Below are positions 37,301 through 48,466 of a DNA stretch of 64,000 nucleotides, piece by piece. This DNA comes from Basidiobolus meristosporus CBS 931.73 (taxonomy: Eukaryota > Fungi > Basidiobolomycota). The notes beneath the pieces were generated by a model. That model had not been told where the DNA came from. It did not search any database and saw nothing but the letters and a program-made list of their open reading frames with translations. The translations under genes were made by a program, and so were the position numbers. Position 1 is the stretch's first letter, and every line of letters begins with the position of its first letter. Location: assembly GCA_002104905.1 (NCBI GenBank), contig MCFE01000070.1:62001-126000 (forward strand). Direction: 5' to 3'.

Positions 37301-40023
37301 TATAATCATCAATAAAAGTGATTAAATACTTCATCCCACCTAAGGATATATTTTGCATAGGTCCACACAGATCTGAGTGAATTAGATCTAATTTTTTCTT
37401 AGTTTTGATTAACCCAGAGCTCTTGAACAGTTGTCTGGCTTGTTTCTCATATATGCAGGCTTCACAGTGCTCCAAATTAGCTGGGGGATCAATTTTCACT
37501 CCAGAAATTAGCTGATCTTTGATTATTTTACGCAAATAATCAAAATTGATGTGTCCAAATCTCCTATGCCAAAGCATTGGTGTTTCTTCATTTAAGTTAC
37601 TTACATTGGCTTCCAGACATAATGGAATATAAGTCAACTTGTATGGATTCTGATCTCTGATGCCCAAAGCAATATGAGCACCATTTTAATCAGTGACCCT
37701 GCATCCAGAATTGTCAAAACTGAAACTGAGTCCTTCTGCTGTGGCCTTGCTTACAGAGAGTAGGTTCTTGGCTATTTCTGGTACATAGAGTACTTCTTTA
37801 AAGGTCGGTGTATGGCTTCCTTCACTGCTTCTAAGGTTTACTTGAATAGTTCCTTCTCCCACTGCATCAAGTGTTCTATTGTCACCCATGAAAACCTTCT
37901 TAATTGGAATTTCTTGATATTGGGTAAAAAGTTGTTTTTGGTGTGTAAAGTGTTGAGATGCTCCAGAGTCAATATACCACGTCTGAGAATCCTTGTTTGT
38001 GGTCATATTTAGTGCAGATATGAATAGTCTATCTTTAGTTGTTGCAGCATTTCCATATTCAGGCTTCTTTTGCTGATTATCTTTCTTTTTGAGACACCAG
38101 TCTGATGTGTGTCCTTTCCTTTTGCAGTAGTTACAAAACAGGCTGCTGTTGCCTTTGTAGGGTCTTGGGTACCTCCTTTGTTGGTTATCATTGCTTATTA
38201 AAGCATTTTCTTCTTCCTTCTTGTTAGCACTTGATTTTCTTAATTCTTCATCCAGGAGCCTTCCATATATGTAATTTAAGGTCAAATATTCAGTTCTTGA
38301 CTCTAGGGCTGATACAAGGCCCTGAAACTTGTCTGTCAGGCTATTCAGCATGGTAACAATCACATTCTCATCAGTAGTTGGTACACCCACAGATTCCATC
38401 TCATCTACCAGCAGGGTAATTCTGTTAATTAGATTTTTCATTTCTTCTCCTGGCAGCATCTTTGTAGTAAAGAATTTTTGTCTCAGATACATCTTCTTGG
38501 CAGCTGAGCATGACTGGTAGGTGTCTTCTAATGCTTTCCAGGCATTCTTTGCCATTTTTGCTCTTGAGCATTGAATTAGCAATTTGTCCTTGACATTAAG
38601 GCAAATGCAGCTAAAGGCACTTTGTTCTTTCTTCTGGTACTTTAAGGCTTCCTCTCCCACGTTTTTAGGAGGGCATTCTTCTCCCATGACAATATCCCAA
38701 AGGCCTCTTTCTTGTAGCAGCATGTTCATCTTCACCTTCCACACTTGGTAGTTAGATTCATCCAACTTTTCAGCAGAGGGAAAAATTCCAGTAATAGCAG
38801 TAGTAGACATTGCCAAGAGTGACAGCTTGGGGCTCATAACCTGTTGTAAGAGTCTTGGAGATATTGGAAGTGATTGGGAGAACTAGTAGATTATGTGGTT
38901 ATCACTTAATGATTTATTGAATGTAAAAGTAGTATTTATACTTTTACCTGGTCTTGGCATATCAAACACAGAGAATAGATTAAGGAAGGTCCCAAGAATG
39001 TGTGTGCAAAGTTTTGGGCTGTTTGAACAACTTTGAGAATTTTCATGTTCTGGGTACCTGGTATTTTGGTGAAAATATTCTAAGTAAATCCCGACAAGGA
39101 ATTTGGTCAGTATTCTCTAGGATTTGAAGGTAATGATCTAAGTGACTAAGTTAGGTGAATATTTAGGTGGAAATACAAGCTTTTACAACAACTATCACAT
39201 GTTCATTGCTAATTTGTACACCTACCAATACCATCTTATCAACAAACTGTGTGTTTTGTTGAATTTGATTTTTTATTTCAATTCCTGACAGCATCTTTGT
39301 AGTAAAGGATTTTTGCCTAAGATACATTTTCTTAGTAGCTGAGCAATTCTGGTAGGTGTCTTCTAGTGGTTACCAGGCATTCTTAGCTGCTTATGCTCTT
39401 GATCATTGAATTAGCAATTTGTCTTTAAAATTGAGGCATATGCAGCTCAAGGCACTTGTTTCTTACTTCATTTACTTCAAGGCTTCTTCTCCTATACCTT
39501 TGGAGGATGTCCTCCCCTCATAAAAATGTCCCAAAGGACTCTTTGCTGCCGCAGCATCTTCATTTTTACCTTCCAGACTTGGCAGTTAGAGTTATCCAAC
39601 CTTTCAGCAGAAGGAAAAATTTCACTTGTAGCAGTTGTAGACATTGTTGCTAGTGAGAGCTTGAGGCTCATAACTTGTTGTAAGAGTTTTGGAGATATTG
39701 GAAGTGATTGGGCAAACAAATGGATTATGTGGCTTTCACTTAATGATTTATTGAATGTAGAAGCAGTATTTGTATAATTACATGCTCTTGGCAAAAAAAA
39801 CTTGCTGAATACATTTAGGAAGGCTCCAGGAGCATGTGTACAAAGTTAGGGGCTTTTTGGGCAACCATGAGAAATTTCATGTTATGGGTACCTGATGTGA
39901 TGGTGAGAATGTTATAGGTAGATCCCAACAAGGAACTTACTCAGAGTACTTAAATATTTGCAGGTAATGATGAAAGTGACTAAGCTAGGTGAATACTCAG
40001 ATGGAGTTACAATCTTTACAACA
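34323..40023 (-). mobile_element. Older copia family B copy (gag + 5' LTR 39676-40023), host of the 34506-39190 insertion
   Basis: gag sequence is continuous across 34500/39191 (GGTAACTAT|CACATG, cf. 38353). A degenerate PBS lies at ~39664-39675, followed by the LTR. Confidence 0.82.
34506..39190 (-). mobile_element. Full-length but inactivated Ty1/copia family B element
   Basis: 349-bp LTRs at 34506-34854 and 38842-39190, TSD ACTAT (34501-34505, 39191-39195), PBS 38830-38841, and PPT next to 34855. It carries gag-PR 37686-38837, INT 36387-37667 and RT/RH fragments 34866-36380 with stops and frameshifts. Confidence 0.95.
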
Positions 40024-40602
40024 TTATTGAATGAAAAGTGGTACTTAAACTTTTACATGGTCTTGGCAAAGCAAGCATATGAATATGTTGAGGAAGGTCC
40101 CAAGAGCATGTGTGCAAGGTGTGGGGCTGTTTAGACAACCTATCAAATTCTCATGTTATTGGTATCTGATATTTTGGTGAAATTATTCCAAGTTTATCCC
40201 AACAAGAAATTCTGTCAGAACTCTCTAAGATTTGTGGGAGATAAGCCAAGTGACTAAGGTATGTTAATGTTTAGTTGAAATTACAAGATTTACAACAGAC
40301 ATCACATGGGAAAATGTCCAAAGCAAAACCATACAAAAAGTTTGGCCAAGAAAAAAGAATGCTCTGAAACTAGGGCCCAAGTGAGTACATATCAATATTT
40401 AGTTGCAAGTAGGAAATTCACATTTACAACCACCAGGAACCACAGCACACCTGAAACCAGTTTTGGGAGAACTTGGTGACCCCCCACAGATGTTAAATGA
40501 TAGTATAAATACAGCTTTTGTTTCCAATAAATCAGTAAGTGAGAACTACATAATCTACTTGTTCCCCATATCACTTGCAATATTTCCATAATCTTCCTAA
40601 CA
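40024..40602. mobile_element. Additional diverged family-B-like LTR remnants
   Basis: A partial LTR at 40024-40297 lies in tandem with 39676-40023. An opposite-orientation LTR 3' part lies at ~40500-40602 (TATAAATAC..AATAAATC..TAATCTACTTGTT..). Confidence 0.6.
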
Positions 40603-41077
40603 AAAATGGGCCTGAGACCCAGTTTGCAAGATACTGACTTCATCTGCCAATCAAGGATGTCCTGAAAATGCTTGAAATTTCCAGACCATCCCCCCTAAAC
40701 AACCCCAAGTGGTGTAGATTACCTTTGATGATCCTTACACCACCCAAAAATCAATCAGTCACACAGAGGATGCCAGCAGTATATAAGCATAACACCAATC
40801 TGTTCAGGAAGCTATTGAGCGAATGCGCATTGGCATGAACAGTTCAGGAGCATAACTTGTTACAATAGATCCCTCAGCCAAATAGTTAGTGGTGCAATAC
40901 CAGAAGCGGAGCCAGGTCCAGCAAGTACAATTCCCCAGGAACCTCTGAGATTGGAATGGCAAGGAGCAACCACGAATCGAAGTGTTTGAAATCTTTACAT
41001 GGCCCCCCCCCACATGGGTGCAGCTTTATTAATCAATTATAGGAAGATGTTCTAGCGGGAATTACTTCATTTGGCAG

Positions 41078-42395
41078 TTAATTTTCGGTTTTGGCGGTTT
41101 TGGCTTCGGTGGCGGCCTCTGGCTCTTCCTCAGCCTTTCTCTTGGCGCCATTTCTATTTTCATAGAACTTCTTAGCCTCCTCATCTACACGGAGAAAGAG
41201 TGATTAGATATGTTTCGAAGGAAAGAACTCGTGTGTGAGGGGGGAGGGGGAGATGCTTTACCGTCCAAGACTCTGAGCTCTGGCTTGACACCGTCGAGGA
41301 GAAGCTCGGCATCCTCCTTAAGCTTCTCAACGATATCCTCGGCAAGGGACTCCTTGAATTGAGCGTATCCTTCGTTGTCTCCCTTTTGGTATTTGACGAA
41401 GGCGACAGTTCCGGCTACGCCAAGGCGGGCCTTGATGTCTTGCCAGGTGGTGTTAGGGCCGACACCCTTGAAGTGAAGCATGCAGCGTTGGGGGAGTTCG
41501 CGAGCATTTCTCTTGGAATTGGCTTTCTTGCTCTTGTCCTTCTTGTTACCGTGCTCCTTCTCCTTCATAGCATGATAGGCATCTCTAAAGTAGGAAAACG
41601 CGTGAGACTATGCAATACCACCCATGCACCGGTGAACCTTACGAACCTTCTCATAACGATAAGATCGGCATCCTTGAACTTCAAGCTCTTGGCAACCAAC
41701 TCGTCAGCTTCCTCGGAGGTGGCGAATTCCACGAACACGGAACCCTTGAGGATAAGGTTAGCGGGGTAAGGTCAATACGAAAGCATGAAATTCTAGATAC
41801 CTTGAAGTTGTTTCCGGGTCTGGCTCTTCTCATACGAACACTCAACACCTTACCGTGCTCCTCAAAGAACTTCTCCAACTCTTCTTGAAGCTCGGGGTAT
41901 TCCTCGGGGAAACCTTTCTAGAAATTGGGGAGGGCGAAGCATTAGGACTGGGAAGGGACGAGGCAAGACTCTGGAGAGAGCAGGCGGGAATCACTACATA
42001 CAACATAGACAAAGCGCTTGGAGTCCTCGGCCAAGTTCGACAAAGGCTTGGTTCTTCTGACCATAGCACCCTCCTCGTTCACCTCGAGTAATTCAGGGGA
42101 TTCTCTAAGGGCCTCGACAATCAAGTCCTTATCGGTGAATTGGCGCATACGTTTGAACGAGGCGATGGTGGCAATGGAGACCCCTTTGGTTGGAAAGAAA
42201 AAAGTCAAGGAGAACATGGCAGATCAAGGGGGAACACGCAATTCACCAAACTGGCGGGGGGAGGGGGATAGGCAAAAGGATACAACCATCGTTGCTGTTG
42301 GCCAAACCGCTCAGGAACTTGTCCTTGGGGAGATTCGAGTCGCTGAAGTAGAATTCAACCTGTTTGAGAATCTTGGATTTGAGTTCGGTAGTCAT
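41078..42395 (-). CDS. LHP1: La protein / SSB homolog (La motif + RRM1 + C-terminal atypical RRM2), multi-exon
   Basis: ATG 42395: [28 protein letters not shown] (La motif); then [16 protein letters not shown]1 (FKGSVFVEF) and RRM2 ([27 protein letters not shown]). GT-AG introns; stop TAA 41078-41080. Confidence 0.92.
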
Positions 42396-42757
42396 GGTCG
42401 ACGGGTGGGGGTGTGTTCTGCGCAGCCTCGTTGCCTCTAATACCTGGAAAATTTTCGACGGTTTTTTTTACGACGTCGAAAAAAAAGTGACCGCTCCTTG
42501 AGCGGGTGGATGTGGATGTGGGTGGCGGGTATTCCGGAATCATTGGGTTCGGTATTCGGTGGACGTGATGCCACTTCACACGAGTGGGCTGTGTAATGAC
42601 TGGTTTCATGCATACTGGTGCGATTTGTCCAGGTGGATTCAAATTGGTAATCAGCTATTCATTGGAAGGGGGATATAAGCAACCCTGGTGACGCTAGACC
42701 TTCCCGTTCCCCACATCGCAGCCTAACAACCACTAACATCACTTGGCCCCACGTACC

Positions 42758-43446
42758 ATGAGCTTCTTCAACTTCGAGAGTCAGTTCACCTTTTACGGCC
42801 AATATCATTCGAACAAGGTCAACGTGATATGCCATGTTGTCTGCGTCCCGCTCATTTACTGGTCGGCCCTGGTGCTTTCCATGAACGTCGGCTTGTTAAC
42901 AACCACCGAGGTCTTCGGGAATGTGTATTTACCTGCGGTCGTCTCCCTGGCATACAGCCTGTTCTACATCTATTTGGAACCTGTCGCTGGCGTAAGTAGT
43001 CCACTCCTTTCCTCTACTGGTTTCTGGCTAACTCCCTCGAGGCCGTTTAGCTGATGTACACACCCATCCTCGGAGGAATCGCCTATCACGCCACCAACTT
43101 CTATCAGACTTCGCCACAGGCCAACAATATCGCCATAGCCATCCATATCTTCGCATGGATCTGTCAATTCTACACCCACGCCTTCCATGAGAAACGAGCC
43201 CCTGCTTTATTAGATAATATTGCTCAAGGTAACGAATGATATCGGGTGGGAAGCCCATGCTCGAACAGCCACTAATCCATCCTCGACACAGCCCTGCTAT
43301 TCGCGCCGTTCTTCGTCTTCTTCGAGATCATCTTCCAACTGGGATACCGCCCAAGCTTCAAGCGTCGCCTTCAGAACAACATCGGGAAGGCGATCACCAT
43401 CTACCGCCGTCAACTGAAAAACCAGGGCAAAAAGGCCCGCTCCTGA
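42758..43446 (+). CDS. MPO1: DUF962 / Mpo1-like ER membrane protein (2-hydroxy fatty acid dioxygenase family), 3 exons
   Basis: Motifs QFTFYGQYHSNKVNVICHVVCVPLI, AWICQFYTHAFHEKRAPALLDN and LLFAPFFVFFE. Exons 42758-42991, 43051-43228 and 43292-43446. Confidence 0.88.
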
Positions 43447-43482
43447 ATGTCTATGATGTAATAAATGCAATGATCAACTGTA

Positions 43483-44416
43483 CTAGAGAGAATGCTTATG
43501 ACACTTCACGTCGGTTAGGTCTTGGGAGGGGAAACTCATGGCTGTCAAGCGATCTCCCTTGTAACAGCCAGTGTCCAATCCTTTGGAATATTTTCTGATC
43601 TTTAAACCTCGGGCTGCTGCATGTCCGTAGACAACGGTGATTGGATGGTCAGATTTCTCCTGAGCCCTTTCCCACACCTTGGACCATGAGGTGCCAGATG
43701 AGGTTCGTCTGGTTGGATCCCCATTATCAAGGATGTTTCTGATATTCATGACCACATACTCATCCTGAGCCTCGATCGATCTTGCCGGATCCATACCTCC
43801 ATGGACTACAAGAAGATCATACTGAGGAATGGATAGAATGACTGGACAGCTCTCCAAATAATCCAGCAACTCCTCTGGCAAGGTACTGTCAAAGGGGTGG
43901 GTTAGTGACTCGGCTTTAATTCGCTGGGAAAAGCAAACCGGCATACCTGGCAAGCTCCTGGTGCTCCCCAAGAGAGAGTCCCTTCGGTAGATTCTTCTTG
44001 TCGATATTCTCTTCGCCTACCAAGCGAATATACTGTCTCCAACGTAAGACCTCGTCATCATGGTTCCCACGCACGCACAGGGCGTTTAGTTCTTTCGCTC
44101 TTCTTAATACTCCGTGGGTATCTGGCCCTTTGGCCACCAAATCCCCAGCAAAGATGACCTTGTCCGTTTCGCCGAGGTCAAGTTTCTCAATGAGACGGTC
44201 CAGGCTTTCTATGCACCCGTGAACATCCCCTATCACGACAAACCTTTGGTTTTGATCATTCACGGTTAGGACTTGGACCTGCGCGGCACCTGAAGAGGAG
44301 TAAGGGAACTCGGTGTTGGTGACGGTGAGCGCTCGTTTCGAAGAGTACAGAGTAAACAGCGCCGCCAGAAAGAAAAAGGCGGCCATAAAGCAACGAAGGG
44401 AGGGACCTCTCAACAT
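43483..44416 (-). CDS. PPN2: Calcineurin-like metallophosphoesterase, ApaH/Ppn2-type, with an N-terminal membrane anchor; 2 exons
   Basis: GDVHG, GDLVAKGP, RGNHD, VHGG, YGH and LDTGC motifs. The hydrophobic N-terminus is followed by one intron (donor at 43946). Confidence 0.85.
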
Positions 44417-46617
44417 TTTGCAAGGTTGGCAAAGGAAGACTCGTTGAGACTTTGGTAGAGTGCCAATAAAGAGATTTACTATTTGTTAAACTAGCCAACT
44501 CCGATGTGGAGGGCCGGTGAAATGGCCAACGTCTCCCCAGAATAATTGGGCAAAAACATTCGGTTTTCTAATGGTGATGGTAATCCAACCAATAAGAAGG
44601 GTTGGAGTTTGATGGAACACTATTTTATGGAATGTAGTCTCAATGTTGTTACAAATAATTGGCCATGGCCAATGATAACTTAGCAAACAGGGTTAGTCTA
44701 AGATATAACTGGACTAGGCAAACAGTGTACGCTCGTTGTAAATGACAATGCGCTGTTTACAAGCAGTCAAAACCATCTACCGGCTCATGTGTTATGAGAA
44801 GGCTGCTTATGGCAATCGCGATCTAATGTATGCCACTACAACCTCGTGTTTCTCGCGGAGGGACCCCGCTTTTTCACTGAAGAGTATTTCACATTGAGTT
44901 CGTGCGCCAGGAAGAACACCAGAAACACCTTCCACATATTGTTCAGGACGAAGTGCACCGGAAACATATGTGCCGCATTCTTTCTTGACATGTTCAGAAG
45001 ATGTGTCGAGTATCGCATGGGAAGGCGCACGGAGGCACTTATATTGGCCCACCGACATAATCCAGATTTGTCGCCAGCCGCTGCGAATGATTGTTCATTA
45101 TTGCGAAACATCCATTCATCCAGATCATTGTAACCCTCACGCACAAGCAGCGTAAATGTGGATTATGCGATGATGCTGATGTGGTGTTACTAATGGTGAT
45201 CGTCCGACAAGCTTCCAACCATAATCGAGTTACAGTATCGCTCGAGGATCGACACGCCTTCCATCCATTTCACAAGGCCATTGTTGTCCATAACTCGACG
45301 GACCAACAGCGATCACCCCGCTTTGGGAGAAATCACTCGCATCCCTTGCATTTTATAGCGGAGGCAGACAGATCGTAGATCAGCTGAGCACGGGGAAATG
45401 TTCACATCCAACATGAAACCGAGTCATGCTCAGCATCTCCGTTGTGAAGCGAGTACAGGTTTCGTGAAGAAGCGTGAGGTTCTAGCCCTAACTTTCAGTT
45501 TAATCGTGGGGGAATTTGTGGCGCGGGTCTCCCATGGCGGTCGTTGTTCAATGGAGTCAGCTTGAATTCGCACTGTTTACTTCCTATTCAGGGCCACAAA
45601 CTCTTGATCATGTGTGCCACTTCGCCAGCAGTAGAATGTCCCATCCCTTATGTGAACAGGGAATTTAGCCGAGGGATTTCTCATGATTAGTTATACCAGT
45701 ACCACCAACCGCTTCACTCGCTGCTAGCTGGATTGATCAGAGAATTCAGGTCATTCATGTCATATGGGCCAGTTGGAATTGCTGTCCATTCGGGCAGAGT
45801 ACTATATGCGGGTGCTATGATCTGGGGAAGCAAGTGTGTTCTTGATCGTAGCGCGGTTTCTTGCTTCTTTGATGGATGCGAAAGAGAAAGCCCCGAGACA
45901 TCGGCGTGGCATTCGAGCAGGTATGAGCGTGAATCCAATTGAAACCAGAGAGTGTGAGTATTTCAGAAGAACTGCCTGGTTGACTTCAGCGCATGTCAAA
46001 GTTGCTGACTTGGGCCCATCCCCGGTATCAGCTGACACTGCTTCATTCGCACTTGCACTATGCCATGGCAAGCCCCTCACATTCACAAAGCGCCTGTGAA
46101 CGGTTTGAGATTAATCAACCTGCTGTTACTGCTGCAACGACGACCAGTCCGCTCAGAAACATCTCGATGAGTGTCTGTAGGGAGGAACAGGAATCACAGT
46201 TGGACGGCCTAAACCATGGTCGTACACAGAGGTGACTCGAAAGCGTACACGAACTAAAGGAATATTTGTGGCCTCCCCACCAGAGTCCCTGGAGATTCGC
46301 ATAAAGTTTAGTGTGAAAAGCTTAATCTATCAATTAAGGATCCCGTGAGTCATCAGATTTGGATTCCTTACTCAAACAAGGATTCTTGGAGGGTTACCCA
46401 AGCATAGATCAACCACCGCAAATGGCAACCAGGAGCAAGATCACTTGGCCAGATGAGGTGATGCAAAGCATCAACGTTTCTCATAGCCTAACAGGCGACG
46501 ATAAGCATGCAACAACCCAGCAGCTGCTACCAAGCACTATAAATAGGATGGCACGTTGTGACCAGACTACAAGTTCAGTTCTATCTTCCTTTCAACCCAA
46601 GTCTTGCAACACACACA

Positions 46618-48249
46618 ATGCCTCACATGTATGAGCTGGAAGATGAAAAAGCCACCCGTTCAATAACCATGGCATCCCATGAGTTGCCAAATAGCTCTGT
46701 CACCTCTTCTAATCGCATCATCGCCTTTATCCAGTGGCATTATAGCACCACAAGCAATAACCGAACCCCCGAGCAGATCGAGAGGGATCGCTATCTCTAC
46801 GGCAACGTGCCATTCAACCGCTGGCTACTTATGCCATCCGCACTGGTCATCCAGTTTTGTTGTGGCTCTCTCTACGCATGGAGTGTGTTCAACCGAATGA
46901 TCGATACCCATGTGAACAACGATCCCGATGCTGGCTTGGCGCCGATTACTTTCTCCATTGCCGTCGGTATGTTTGGCTTGTCCTCTGCCACCATGGGGCC
47001 CTGGCTAGAGCGCAACGGGCCACGAAAGGGGGCGCTCCTGTCAGCAAGTCTATTCTACCTAGGGAACCTGATTGCCGCCATGGCGATTCATTTCAAGCAA
47101 ATGTGGCTCCTCTATATTGGATACGGGATTATCGGTGGTTTTGGCCTGGGCCTCGGTTACATTTCTCCAGTCTCTTCCCTGCAAAAATGGTTCCCCGATC
47201 GACGCGGGCTGGCGGCTGGTTTTGCGGTCTGCGGGTTCGGAGCTGGCTCGATTGCCATTGCCAAAATCCCTCAGCCCCTAAAGGAGGTGGTTGGACTCCC
47301 GTTGACCTTTGTCATCCTTGGATCATGCTACTTCGTTTGCATGGGACTTGCTGCCTCAGTGATCCGTGTTCCACCCCCTGGATACGTCGTCGAAAGCACC
47401 AAGACCACTGAGGTTACACAGGGGGAGAAGGTAGAAAGTGTCAAGGTTACCATGCAGGAGCAACCCACCATCAAGCTTACTCTAATCGAGTCCATCAAGT
47501 CACGCGACTTCATTTTGATGTACATCACATTCTTCTCCAACGCGGTCTTTGGCTTGGTGGTGATGTCCAGATTGGCAGACATGCTGACGAACCTCTTCGG
47601 CAAATCCCCAGAGGACGCCTCCACCATTGTATCGATCAACGGCGGGTTCAACCTGTTTGGTCGTATCTTCTTCTCCACCATCTCCGACTATGTTGGCCGC
47701 AAAAACTGCTACTTGTTTATGTTAACTAGCCAGACCATCATCTTGATCGCCTTTAAGTCCATCATTACATCCAACACCTACTGGGCCTTCTTGTTGTGTA
47801 TGTGGATCCTCACTGCATGCTATGGCGGCGGCTTTGGAGTTATCCCTGCCTTCTTGACTGACATGTATGGAGCTAGCAACATCGGCGCTTGCCACGGAAT
47901 CATCCTAACTGCCTGGTCAATTGCCGGCGTTGGTGGCGGATTGGTCTTCACCGCGGTATTCCAACCCTTGAAGGACACCTACGGTCCCAAGAGCGTAATC
48001 CCTTATATTACCAACATCTATTGGATCTTAGCATTTGTGGCGCTGGGGTTGCTGGTGTGCTGCACTGTTCGTGTCACCATCCGTGATCGCCTGTTCCCCG
48101 CCGTTCCTGGGCAAATCTTCCGGTTTAGAGCATTTGGCAGGCTTGTGCGACTTGTCAAGGGGCCAAATGGAATCAAATTTGAGAAATGCAGCAGGGAGCA
48201 AGAGGATGCAGAGTGGGCAGCATTCCTAGCCCAGCGCAACTCCGATTAG
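46618..48249 (+). CDS. MFS transporter, oxalate:formate antiporter (OFA/OxlT-YhjX)-like, intronless
   Basis: Long ORF with ~12 hydrophobic segments and motifs GSLYAWSVF, KWFPDRRGLAAG, GRIFFSTISDYVGRK and YGGGFGVIPAFLTDMYG. First ATG at 46618 (the ORF track starts at GTG 46558); TATAAATA at 46538. Confidence 0.92.
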   Translation: MPHMYELEDEKATRSITMASHELPNSSVTSSNRIIAFIQWHYSTTSNNRTPEQIERDRYLYGNVPFNRWLLMPSALVIQFCCGSLYAWSVFNRMIDTHVNNDPDAGLAPITFSIAVGMFGLSSATMGPWLERNGPRKGALLSASLFYLGNLIAAMAIHFKQMWLLYIGYGIIGGFGLGLGYISPVSSLQKWFPDRRGLAAGFAVCGFGAGSIAIAKIPQPLKEVVGLPLTFVILGSCYFVCMGLAASVIRVPPPGYVVESTKTTEVTQGEKVESVKVTMQEQPTIKLTLIESIKSRDFILMYITFFSNAVFGLVVMSRLADMLTNLFGKSPEDASTIVSINGGFNLFGRIFFSTISDYVGRKNCYLFMLTSQTIILIAFKSIITSNTYWAFLLCMWILTACYGGGFGVIPAFLTDMYGASNIGACHGIILTAWSIAGVGGGLVFTAVFQPLKDTYGPKSVIPYITNIYWILAFVALGLLVCCTVRVTIRDRLFPAVPGQIFRFRAFGRLVRLVKGPNGIKFEKCSREQEDAEWAAFLAQRNSD

Positions 48250-48466
48250 CATCAGCATAGCAATTCCCCATGAACACCCACCCAATCCCCGTAACCTCAG
48301 TGAAGCTACCTTTATTTAGTGCGTTTTGAATCATCCTTGTTCCCAAACAATCACTCATTGGGTAGTAAAAATTAAAGTACAACAGTAATCTATCTTTCGA
48401 GTCTAATCTACAAACTCAGAGAGGGCTCACCCCCCGCTGAAGGTTTCCCGCACTTGAAGTATCGGA

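Noticed and set aside
2748-39794. Numerous 60-130-aa ORFs antisense or out of frame to the TE genes (e.g. 7477-7812, 8725-9039, 5360-5620)
   Set aside because: These are shadow ORFs that recur only because the TE copies are paralogous; they have no independent motifs.
41359-42642. Plus-strand ORFs overlapping La (41359-41769, 42018-42440) and similar antisense ORFs over MFS, KAT14 and FANCI
   Set aside because: They are antisense shadows of well-supported spliced genes.
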